From an uncultured Gammaproteobacteria bacterium (lineage in GTDB: Bacteria; Patescibacteriota; Microgenomatia; UBA8517), in the NCBI GenBank assembly GCA_964583685.1, contig CAZOVJ010000001.1, positions 132,033 through 196,032 on the forward strand: 64,000 nucleotides of DNA, read 5' to 3'. Positions 19,476 through 29,737 of the stretch are shown here, piece by piece (position 1 is the first letter of the stretch; every line of letters starts with the position of its first letter). The position numbers were made by a program, and so were the translations under genes. The notes beneath the pieces are model-generated. The model had not been told where the DNA came from. It saw only the letters and a program-made list of their open reading frames with translations, and ran no database searches.

Positions 19476-19516
19476 CTCCCCTACCACACCTCGAAATGGT
19501 AAAATAGACTGTTCGA

Positions 19517-20497
19517 ATGAGACAGAAAACCATTGTTCTCACCAGTTTATCTATTCTTATAGCCGCCGCTTTCTTTCTTGTTTTCTATTTTCCATTCCGG
19601 CCACCTGAGAAGGAGTCAGTTGAAAAGCAAGTATTTGTAGTTGGCCTCAAGGCTACTGAACAGGAAATAGTTCATAAATTATATGATCAAGGATTTATTA
19701 GGAGTATGAAGGCATTCAATTTTTGTTTAATCATAAAAGGTGGACAGGGAAAAATGGAACCAGGAGGATATTGGCTATCTAAAAACATGAATGCTTGGCA
19801 AGTGGCCAAGACAATGATTCAATCTCCGGCCATGAAGTGGGTAATTATTCCTGAAGGCTGGCGAAAAGAAGAAATCGGAGAGGAGCTAGCAGAAATCTTA
19901 GGTTGGAGCGAGGATGAATTGGAAAAATGGAATGACGTTTACACGAGAATGAAATTTGATTACATCGAAGGCGTTTATTTTCCCGATACCTACCTCATTC
20001 CAGTTGATGAGAAGGGATTGGAGGTTGCCCAGCGGATGACCAACCGGTTCAATGAAAAATTTGCTCCCTACTTCAACAGATTCCTGGAACAGGATATCAA
20101 GTGGGCGACGGGCCTGAAAATTGCCTCGTTGATTCAACGCGAAGCAGCCGGGCCAGAAGATATGCCCCTCATTGCCAGTATTCTCTGGAACCGTCTTTTA
20201 GAGGAGATGAAACTGGAAATTGATGCTACTCTTCAGTATGCCAAGGGCAAGACGGAAAGTGGCTGGTGGGCACTAGTAAAACCTGAAGACAAGAAAATAG
20301 ACTCTCCTTACAATACCTATTTATATAGAGGCTTGCCACCCCAGCCTATTTGTAATCCAGGTCTGGCGGCCATTGAGGCGGTCTTGTATCCTGAAGAAAC
20401 AGATTGTTTCTATTATCTCCATGACCCCAGCGGACAAATCCACTGTGCCGAGACCTACCAAGAACACAAAGAAAATATCAAGAACTTTTTACAGTAG
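19517..20497 (+). CDS. mltG: Endolytic transglycosylase
   Basis: IPEGW, EGVYFPDTY, ASLIQRE, SPYNTY..GLPPQPICNPG. Confidence 0.95.
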   Translation: MRQKTIVLTSLSILIAAAFFLVFYFPFRPPEKESVEKQVFVVGLKATEQEIVHKLYDQGFIRSMKAFNFCLIIKGGQGKMEPGGYWLSKNMNAWQVAKTMIQSPAMKWVIIPEGWRKEEIGEELAEILGWSEDELEKWNDVYTRMKFDYIEGVYFPDTYLIPVDEKGLEVAQRMTNRFNEKFAPYFNRFLEQDIKWATGLKIASLIQREAAGPEDMPLIASILWNRLLEEMKLEIDATLQYAKGKTESGWWALVKPEDKKIDSPYNTYLYRGLPPQPICNPGLAAIEAVLYPEETDCFYYLHDPSGQIHCAETYQEHKENIKNFLQ

Positions 20498-20507
20498 CCC
20501 GCGTAAA

Positions 20508-20789
20508 TTAATTTACTATTTTATCTTTACCTGTTTCTACCTTGCCCTCCGTCTTTATTAGTAATTTACCGAGAGTTTCAACAAATTTTTTAGCATGTTC
20601 ACGGCTCATTCCGATCCTTGAGACGATCCGTGCCTGATTTGTGGGCCCCACTCTTTGCATTACATTGAGAATGACTCCATCTGGATTTAATACCATGTTG
20701 ATATTGTCTGTATAGAACACAGGCGTGGTATCAAGGTTTATGCTTATTTGTAGACCTTTTTTCGGAGTTTGAGAGTTTACTTTTGCCAT
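20508..20789 (-). CDS. DUF3467-like protein
   Basis: PVFYTD...IVSRIGMSREHAK pattern. Confidence 0.7.
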   Translation of the reverse strand: MAKVNSQTPKKGLQISINLDTTPVFYTDNINMVLNPDGVILNVMQRVGPTNQARIVSRIGMSREHAKKFVETLGKLLIKTEGKVETGKDKIVN

Positions 20790-20869
20790 TTCTACTCACC
20801 GCCTTTTCTTAAAACTGCCCCGGCGGGCAGTAATTCATTATACTTGAAGAAGCAAGAAGATTCTAAGTG

Positions 20870-21477
20870 CTAAATTTTGCTTGTTTTTCTGCTTTTTAAT
20901 CTTTTAAGAATGACATACCGATACCGGAAGATTATCCATGCTGGTAGGCTAAAAAAATTAGTAAAGGAGAAAGACCGACTGTCCCCTTCCCTGCTGAAGA
21001 TGGCTTTGAAGATGGAAAAGGTGAGGGTTTCGGTGTAGGTACTTTGGTTGCAGCGCCTGCTATTGTAGGTTTGGGGGACAGCCTTGGTGTTTCAGTTGAT
21101 TCCGGTGTTGGGGTAGGGCTGGCAGTCGGTGTCGGACTGGGAGACGGTGTTGCTGTTAGGTTTGGTGTGGGTGTGGGGATAGAAACCGGTGTTGGCGATA
21201 GTGTTGGGGTAGGTGTTGCCAGGATATGGGGTGTTGGTGTAGATGTGGCTGGAGGTGAATAGCCTTGACATTTCACCATTTCAGAGTAATAACAAGATGA
21301 GCCCAACCATCCATCATTGCAGATTACTTTGCCATTAGCTTGGGGCCCACAAGCGCAGCAAACGCCGCCATAGTGTGAACAGCAGCCGCTTACCGCATTG
21401 GCTGTGGAAGAAAAATAAAAAAATGAGTACAGGAGTATTGAAGTAAAAAGAACTAATAATTTAATCCTCTTTTTCAT
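20870..21477 (-). CDS. Exported Cys-rich protein with Pro/Thr linker; C-terminal anchor frameshifted
   Basis: Signal peptide, SGCCSHYGGVCCAC..ICNDG domain, TPTP repeats; stops at 20932, but the TM and basic tail continue in another frame to 20870. Confidence 0.7.
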
Positions 21478-21493
21478 TCCTTTTTGGGCTGTA

Positions 21494-22357
21494 TTATCCC
21501 AACCCAAAATCTTTCCTTAGAGATTTTTGTTTTGTCAAAGACATGTATAGTTTTTCAACTTTATCTGTAGCAATTACGTGGATATGAGGTTTAAGTTCAT
21601 GGGATGTTCCGGAAAGGAGATCTTTAACCTTGAGTAAACTTTTCTTGTTGGTAATAATGAAAGGCTCACTGTTCCAAAGATCGAAAGCGTGCTTTAATTT
21701 TGAGAGGGCTTGGTGAGGATTTCCGCCAATTTGTACCTCAAAAACTTTAGTTGGTACACCTCTAGCGACTCTTCTCCAAGCAACATCTAGGCGCTCGCCA
21801 TCGAGAGAATATTCTTTTTCGCTTATAAAACGTTCAATTTGGCCGATTTCTACCAATTTATCGCGAATTTGATTATGTAATGATTTTCCTTTCGGTTTCT
21901 CTCTTTGCTCTCTTATCGTTGGAATACTGATATCAAGGTTAAACTTATCAGATAGACGAGCAATTATTTCCCCAACTACTTTCTCATTACTTATTGGATT
22001 AAGCCCTGCCTGTATGCTTACAGGTAAATCTGAGATAGAAAGTGCCTCATCTTGCCACTTTTCAGGAGAAAGAATAGCTAATATTTGAAAGTCGAAGCGA
22101 TAAGGGTAGATTACCTTTTTTGAGCGGATTTCATCAGGCCACAAGGGCTTATCTTGTTTATATTTTGACTCGAGTTTTGCAGTGCCTATTACCCCCTTAA
22201 TGGGAGACTTTGCATAAAAAACTAGCAAATCGCCTTTTTGTAGTTTTTTCCAACGGTTTACTAAAGTCCCTTTCCGTACGCCCCAGACATTTCCACTATT
22301 TAAAGCCGTTTCCCAATTTTCTTCATTACCGGTTAAAATCCAGAGGTTTTTTGCCAT
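21494..22357 (-). CDS. EVE domain fused to PD-(D/E)XK-like nuclease
   Basis: WILTG..ENW...WGV...LQKGDLLVFY...GVIG...W...YPYR (EVE/PUA); C-terminal LDVAW...VFEVQ. Confidence 0.8.
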   Translation of the reverse strand: MAKNLWILTGNEENWETALNSGNVWGVRKGTLVNRWKKLQKGDLLVFYAKSPIKGVIGTAKLESKYKQDKPLWPDEIRSKKVIYPYRFDFQILAILSPEKWQDEALSISDLPVSIQAGLNPISNEKVVGEIIARLSDKFNLDISIPTIREQREKPKGKSLHNQIRDKLVEIGQIERFISEKEYSLDGERLDVAWRRVARGVPTKVFEVQIGGNPHQALSKLKHAFDLWNSEPFIITNKKSLLKVKDLLSGTSHELKPHIHVIATDKVEKLYMSLTKQKSLRKDFGLG

Positions 22358-22480
22358 TACTCCTTATTCTAGCACTACTTATAGTTTAGGAATAGGGGCG
22401 GGGCGCTACCCGAGAGAAAGTGAGAGATTATTCTTTACCTCATTCGTAGAACCAATCCCTACTAGGTTACGTGGATTTGT

Positions 22481-23287
22481 CTATCTTTTTGTCCAGAAAG
22501 TTCGGGTGGATTCGATATAGTCTAAAGAATCTTTGCTTAAATCTGATTTTCTCATTAAGTTCTCATATTCTTCCTTAAGAACTGAGAAATATTTCTCATA
22601 ATTTTCTCCTAATTGAGGTTCTAAATAATAGCTATTATAGCTATAAATTCCCCATGCAACCGGCCTTCCGCGTCCGCCTGATTCTCGAGAAGCTATTTCT
22701 TCGGTTAACTCCCCTTCTCCGGGATATTCGTCAACCACCCCAATAACCTCGGCCAAGCCATCCTTGTCCAAATCTTCAACCATTAAATAATCGGGGCCTC
22801 CCATATAGAATAGACAATCACCAGGCCACTTTTTTTCTTCTGTAAAACAAACAGGAAGAACGCTGTCTTTATGAAGCTCAAAAAACATTCTTTCAAATTG
22901 GTGTGGACCGGCAGTGAAGTCAAAACTGAAAAAATCTCTACTTTCTTCTGAGTCAAGCCGGAAAACCCTGAAAGAATTCATGGCGGGTTGGGGAAAAGTC
23001 ATTCTTTCTGGGGTAGAGCCAATTATTTCTCCCTGGGAGCTATAGGCAACAATTGAAGATACCCTAGAACTGTTTTCGTCAGAATTTAATCCAACGAATT
23101 CTAAATTTCCATCACCATTTAAGTCAGCGGCCATATCCAGTAATTCTTCCTCAAGGCCGGCAATTTGGCTTTCAGGGGGTGAGGTTGGCCTTTGTTTTAA
23201 TAGAGAGAAAATCGTAAATAGAAGGGCGGGAATGATGATAACCAGAAAGGGGGCAATAAGTAAATTTCGCTTTATTCTTTTAATCAC
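22481..23287 (-). CDS. Membrane-anchored extracellular hypothetical protein
   Basis: N-terminal TM; DLNGDG and DLDKDG Ca-binding-like loops. Confidence 0.7.
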   Translation of the reverse strand: MIKRIKRNLLIAPFLVIIIPALLFTIFSLLKQRPTSPPESQIAGLEEELLDMAADLNGDGNLEFVGLNSDENSSRVSSIVAYSSQGEIIGSTPERMTFPQPAMNSFRVFRLDSEESRDFFSFDFTAGPHQFERMFFELHKDSVLPVCFTEEKKWPGDCLFYMGGPDYLMVEDLDKDGLAEVIGVVDEYPGEGELTEEIASRESGGRGRPVAWGIYSYNSYYLEPQLGENYEKYFSVLKEEYENLMRKSDLSKDSLDYIESTRTFWTKR

Positions 23288-23340
23288 AATTCTGGCCGCA
23301 TTATAGCATCTTTATTTCTTTTTTATTCTAGCACTTGAGG

Positions 23341-23628
23341 TTATTTTCGGAGGAGAATTTGTGTCTTCATCCTTTTGCCAGGATCGGCCAGGACAACAAG
23401 ATGATCTGAGATAAGAATGTCTACGCCTCCAGATTCAAAAACAGATACTGGAATTTTTAGGTAACCCTTAGTTATTGGCTCAACGTTATTTAGGATTAAT
23501 TGGGTTAGATAATCAACTAAAACTCTTAGATTTGGGGGAAGAGGTTTTCCTTCGACACTAACGAAAGAGCTGGTGGTAGGATCAAGGGTATAGATGATTT
23601 CCGGTGTTTCTGGCAATAGTTCTTTCAT
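23341..23628 (-). CDS. Hypothetical protein
   Basis: ORF with TATAAT 8 nt upstream of ATG. Confidence 0.5.
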   Translation of the reverse strand: MKELLPETPEIIYTLDPTTSSFVSVEGKPLPPNLRVLVDYLTQLILNNVEPITKGYLKIPVSVFESGGVDILISDHLVVLADPGKRMKTQILLRK

Positions 23629-23688
23629 AAAAAACTATTATAGGCTAATTGACATGGAATTTCCAGATATGGTAAATTGATGAGCGCC

Positions 23689-24420
23689 ATGGAAAAGAAA
23701 AATCCTTTATTTCACACCATTGTTTTTGCTCTGGTTCTTGTTGGGGTTCTTTTCCTGGCTGCTTATTTTCTTCCCTGGCAAAGGGTTAATTGGGGGAAGT
23801 TGAGCTTTTTGCCAGCTTCAACTGTGACCGTGACTGGCCAGGCCAAGAAAGAGGAAAGTAGCCAGATTGCTAGATTTACGGCCGGTGTGACGGTTAATAA
23901 TGATAACAAGGAAGAGGCAATTTCTGAGGTAAACGAGAAGGTTGGGGAAATTATCCAGGCAGTTAAGGATTTTGGTATTTCAGAGGAGGATATTCAGACC
24001 CAGAATGTCAGTATCAGTAAGCGGGAGGATACTTTTGTAATCAGGGAAGAAATTGGTGAATGGCGGGCAAGCAATTCCATAGAAATTGTTTTGCGCGATG
24101 TTGACAAGGCTTCTGATTTGGCCGACTTGTTGATGAGCTCGGGCGCTACCAATGTCAGCGGGCCGAGGTTTTCTTTGGATGATACCCAGGCAGCTGAGGT
24201 TAGTCTTTTGGAGCAGGCAATTGACAATGCCCGAGAAAAAGCAGAGTCTATTGCCCAGTCTAGCGACAGAATATTGGGTAAGATTATCAGTGTTTCCGAA
24301 GGAGCAAGCCAGCCTATTAGGACTTTTGGAACCCTTGAATTGGCTCCCGGTGGGGCTCCGATTGAGCCGGGAACAGAAACAGTGGCTAAGACAGTAACCG
24401 TTGTCTTTGAGTTGGAATAA
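23689..24420 (+). CDS. SIMPL (DUF541) domain protein
   Basis: VTVTGQA, DIQTQNVSI, AIDNAREKAE, PIEPG..V.V.F. Confidence 0.9.
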   Translation: MEKKNPLFHTIVFALVLVGVLFLAAYFLPWQRVNWGKLSFLPASTVTVTGQAKKEESSQIARFTAGVTVNNDNKEEAISEVNEKVGEIIQAVKDFGISEEDIQTQNVSISKREDTFVIREEIGEWRASNSIEIVLRDVDKASDLADLLMSSGATNVSGPRFSLDDTQAAEVSLLEQAIDNAREKAESIAQSSDRILGKIISVSEGASQPIRTFGTLELAPGGAPIEPGTETVAKTVTVVFELE

Positions 24421-24424
24421 TCCC

Positions 24425-24808
24425 CTAATCTTCTAAGAAAGCCTGAAATGCCTCTTCCTTAGTTTTGTCGTCAATCTCATAGCCGTGTCTAGCAAGTTGG
24501 ACAACAAATACCTCAAAAAGGGTTCTTGTATGCTTTTCAAAACTTGCGCTTTCATCTGCGCTCCCCATCCATGGCTCTATGGCACCCAAACCCAGATTTA
24601 CAGAATAAAGCCAATCTTGAAAAGAATGTACCAGTAACGGGTGTTTGTGAAGTCCAATGTTTAACCAAGGTTTGTCTCTTCCCTCGATGAGTTGATTAAT
24701 TATCTCATGTGGCATCCTATAACCTCCTTCGTGTACAAGCTCAGTAATTTTTTCTATTCTTATTCGTATAGAATTTTCATGGTTTTCAGCGCCCTGTTCT
24801 TTTGACAT
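24425..24808 (-). CDS. Hypothetical protein
   Basis: TATAAT 6 nt before ATG (MSKEQG). Confidence 0.6.
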   Translation of the reverse strand: MSKEQGAENHENSIRIRIEKITELVHEGGYRMPHEIINQLIEGRDKPWLNIGLHKHPLLVHSFQDWLYSVNLGLGAIEPWMGSADESASFEKHTRTLFEVFVVQLARHGYEIDDKTKEEAFQAFLED

Positions 24809-24878
24809 ATTGTTATTATAAAATAGGCTCAACCACAAAACAATATTATAGGAATATTAATATTCTGTAGGGATTAAT

Positions 24879-25517
24879 TTATGAATTTTGAAGCAGAGAG
24901 GAGTAGAATCTTTGGAATTGGCCAATTGTTGTTTTTTCTCCGTGGCCAGGATAAATAATGGTTTCTTCTGGAAATTTAAGTATTCTTTGAATCGATTTTT
25001 CCAAATCCTTTTTATTGCTGTAAGAAAAATCGGTTCGGCCAATTCCACCTTGACTGAAAATCAAGTCTCCGACAAAGGCAATTTTCTCGCTTTTATTAAA
25101 TAAAGTGATACTTCCGGGCGTATGACCGGGAGTGTGGATGATTTTTAGTTTATGGGCTAAGATCTCCCCTTCTTTTAAAAACCCATCAGGTTTTGGGGCG
25201 GGGCCAGGGTCAAAGCCAGTAAAATATTTGCTAGAGCGGCGCATGTACTTGAGCAAAAATTCATCCTTTTTGTGGAGGAAAAAAGGAATTTTGTATGCCA
25301 GTTTTAGTTCATTGATTGCCAAGACATGGTCAAAATGGCCATGAGTGGCAATAATTTTAATTGGTTTGAGATTATTATCCTCAATTATCCTGATGATGTA
25401 ATCAGCATCATCAGCCGGGTCAATAATAATTGCTTGACCGGTTTTTTTATTAGAAAGGAGATAGCAATTTGTTTGTAGTTGGCCAAGTTCTAATTTGCGT
25501 AGAGCCAACAAGCTCAT
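24879..25517 (-). CDS. MBL-fold hydrolase (glyoxalase II-like)
   Basis: THGHFDH, TPGHTPG, GRTD, YPGHG. Confidence 0.93.
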   Translation of the reverse strand: MSLLALRKLELGQLQTNCYLLSNKKTGQAIIIDPADDADYIIRIIEDNNLKPIKIIATHGHFDHVLAINELKLAYKIPFFLHKKDEFLLKYMRRSSKYFTGFDPGPAPKPDGFLKEGEILAHKLKIIHTPGHTPGSITLFNKSEKIAFVGDLIFSQGGIGRTDFSYSNKKDLEKSIQRILKFPEETIIYPGHGEKTTIGQFQRFYSSLLQNS

Positions 25518-25519
25518 AA

Positions 25520-26002
25520 TTAGCTGGTGGGGAGCAAAGAGTTTTTGATTTCTCTTTCTGCCTCAGCCCTTTTTCGGAAGTTTTTTACCTTAACCCATTT
25601 TCCGGGCTCCAGGCTTTTGTAATTTTTAAAGAAGTGTTTGATTTCCCTGAGCTGAGCCTCGGGAACATTATTGATGTTTTTATATTTTCCATAGACAGGG
25701 TCAATTTTTTCATCGGGAACACTGATTATTTTAGTGTCAATTCCTCCTTCATCTTCCATTTCCAGGAGACCGATGGGCCGGCATTGCATGACCACTCCCG
25801 GCTCCACAGACTTTTCCGATAAAACCAGAACATCAAGCGGGTCTTCATCCTTTCCTCGAGTGCCTTGAATAAAACCGTAATTGAAAGGAAAAACAATGGC
25901 TGAGTGAAGGAATCTGTCAACTTTTAGTTCTTTGGTTTCTTCATCAACCTCGTATTTGACACTTCCTCCGGCGCTGATTTCGATAAATACTTTAATATCC
26001 AC
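25520..26002 (-). CDS. ppa: Inorganic pyrophosphatase (family I)
   Basis: KYE, NYGFI, DEDPLDVL, DEGGIDTKI. Confidence 0.95.
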   Translation of the reverse strand: MDIKVFIEISAGGSVKYEVDEETKELKVDRFLHSAIVFPFNYGFIQGTRGKDEDPLDVLVLSEKSVEPGVVMQCRPIGLLEMEDEGGIDTKIISVPDEKIDPVYGKYKNINNVPEAQLREIKHFFKNYKSLEPGKWVKVKNFRKRAEAEREIKNSLLPTS

Positions 26003-26025
26003 ACTATTAATAATACTATTAATAA

Positions 26026-27981
<1,956 letters not shown>

Positions 27982-27984
27982 TTA

Positions 27985-28013
27985 ATTTTACCTTTTTTAG
28001 CCTCAAATTACAA
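27985..28013 (-). promoter_or_regulatory. gyrB promoter
   Basis: TTGTAA-17-TAAAAT; spacer ends GGCTAAAAAAGG. Confidence 0.6.
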
Positions 28014-28030
28014 GAAAGAAATTCATCATT

Positions 28031-28648
28031 TTAATCAGCTAAATTAACAATAAAGTTTGTCAGTTGGAGTTGGACATTGCCGTTTGCTTGAAGATTAGCT
28101 AAGGTTTTATTTGCACTTTCAAAGAAGGGTAATAAATCATTTGGCTGCAACAAATTGTTAATAAGCAATCCATGGCCTCCGTAGATGAGATTGGTGATAA
28201 AGTCTATTGCCTCATCCCGGAGATTAATCTTACTGCTAATCATAAATTTTTTGCCAATCGATAATTTTAGAAATTTTTGGGTAAAATCCTCAGCTTCTTT
28301 ATTATTTTTCTGCTTTCCTTTTAAATTGATAACCTGGCAGCGAGAGGCGATTGTTGGTAAAGGCGATTCTTTTGATTTGGCCGTAAGAATATAGAATAAT
28401 TTTTCTTGGGGCTCTTCTAGATTCTTAAGGAAGGCATTTTGGGCCTCTTCGGTTGCTTGGTCTATGTCTTTGATGACTATGGCCGTTTTTTCGCTTAAAG
28501 CCAGCTTGGTAAGATTGGATAACTGACGAACATCGGCTATCTTTAATAGACTAAAGTGAATAATTTTGGCTTTCAGTTTCCGACCTAAAACTTGAATTTG
28601 TTTTTGGAATTTCTCCTGGTCATAGCCGGTAATTAAAAAGGAATTCAT
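28031..28648 (-). CDS. holB: DNA polymerase III delta-prime-like subunit
   Basis: AQNAFLKNLEEP, LPTIASRC. Confidence 0.8.
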   Translation of the reverse strand: MNSFLITGYDQEKFQKQIQVLGRKLKAKIIHFSLLKIADVRQLSNLTKLALSEKTAIVIKDIDQATEEAQNAFLKNLEEPQEKLFYILTAKSKESPLPTIASRCQVINLKGKQKNNKEAEDFTQKFLKLSIGKKFMISSKINLRDEAIDFITNLIYGGHGLLINNLLQPNDLLPFFESANKTLANLQANGNVQLQLTNFIVNLAD

Positions 28649-28654
28649 ATTTTA

Positions 28655-28918
28655 TTATAACTGAGCGAGATGGGTTAATCGCAAACTAACGATAAGGAGT
28701 TGCTCAGCGAAAAAAGGCTGTTTTTCTTTATCCTTTAAGACTTTTTGAGGATTCAAATCGGCCTGGAAATGTTTGATAGTTTGCCATACCTGTTTTTGAT
28801 TTTTGATCGATTTCCAGTAATTCAAAATGATTGGGGTTTTTTCTTTTTGGCCGCGTCCAACCCAGGAGGCAATCCTTCTTAGATCCGAAGCAGTATTTAA
28901 TAAACTAGTTTTGTCCAT
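28655..28918 (-). CDS. Hypothetical protein
   Basis: 87-aa helical ORF (ASDLRRIA...AEQLL). Confidence 0.6.
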   Translation of the reverse strand: MDKTSLLNTASDLRRIASWVGRGQKEKTPIILNYWKSIKNQKQVWQTIKHFQADLNPQKVLKDKEKQPFFAEQLLIVSLRLTHLAQL

Positions 28919-28989
28919 TTTACTTTAATATTTTTTTGGCAATCTTTAAAAATCTCTTCCGTTTCTCTGGATTAAGTATTTCCATACTA

Positions 28990-29646
28990 TCATAGTCTAA
29001 TTTTATCACTAAATCTGGCATTGAACGTAACCTGTTTGCCGTTTTCCTGCCCCCAAACCCATTCCAACCGTTGTTTGATATTTATGCCTTTCTCTTTTAT
29101 TGATTTAACGGCCTCGACTGTTAGTTGAGCTCCCATTAAAAACGGAGCCCTAAGCAAAGTTTCCCTTGGTAGATCAGGCATTTCTTCTTTTAAATAAGAT
29201 TCAAGATGAGAATAAAATTCATCCATCAGGCTATGGTTTCTCTCAGGTAGGGAAAACTGGACGCCAATAAGAGAAGGTTCCTCCGAGTGTAGGGGTTCTC
29301 TCAAAAGAGAAATAAGTTTTGGGGAACTCCATTTAGCAATCCAGCCTGTGGCCTTTCGCGAGCGTCTCACCGCCAAGTAGCAGTTTTCATCAAAAGGATT
29401 GGTTTTATCAAAAGGATTGGTTTCATCAACAGGGTTGAGGAAGCCTTCTTTCTTTCCTAAATGAAGCAAGGCCATTCCCCAGTCTAACACCAAAGCATAT
29501 GCCTCACCGGAATGGCTAACATTTCGATCACTAATTCGTTCTGCCGTGACCATAACGTCTCGGTAATGATTTAACGGCATAGATAGAGAGAATTGGGGCT
29601 TTTTTTCTTTTCGTGCTCTCAAAAAAAATCGTTCTAGAAAAGACAT
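28990..29646 (-). CDS. Hypothetical protein
   Basis: 218-aa ORF with internal 18-nt tandem duplication (DETNPF-DKTNPF). Confidence 0.6.
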   Translation of the reverse strand: MSFLERFFLRARKEKKPQFSLSMPLNHYRDVMVTAERISDRNVSHSGEAYALVLDWGMALLHLGKKEGFLNPVDETNPFDKTNPFDENCYLAVRRSRKATGWIAKWSSPKLISLLREPLHSEEPSLIGVQFSLPERNHSLMDEFYSHLESYLKEEMPDLPRETLLRAPFLMGAQLTVEAVKSIKEKGINIKQRLEWVWGQENGKQVTFNARFSDKIRL

Positions 29647-29737
29647 CGGTTGTTTCTGGCATTGGTATTATAAAGCATTGGCCAATCTCCAGGGCATGGA
29701 CTTGATAAATTACTAGTTTTTGGTTCATAATGAAAAC

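Noticed and set aside
21040-21260. Val/Gly-rich ORF on the + strand and the many other short antisense ORFs
   Set aside because: Shadow frames of well-supported genes on the opposite strand (here the Pro/Thr linker)
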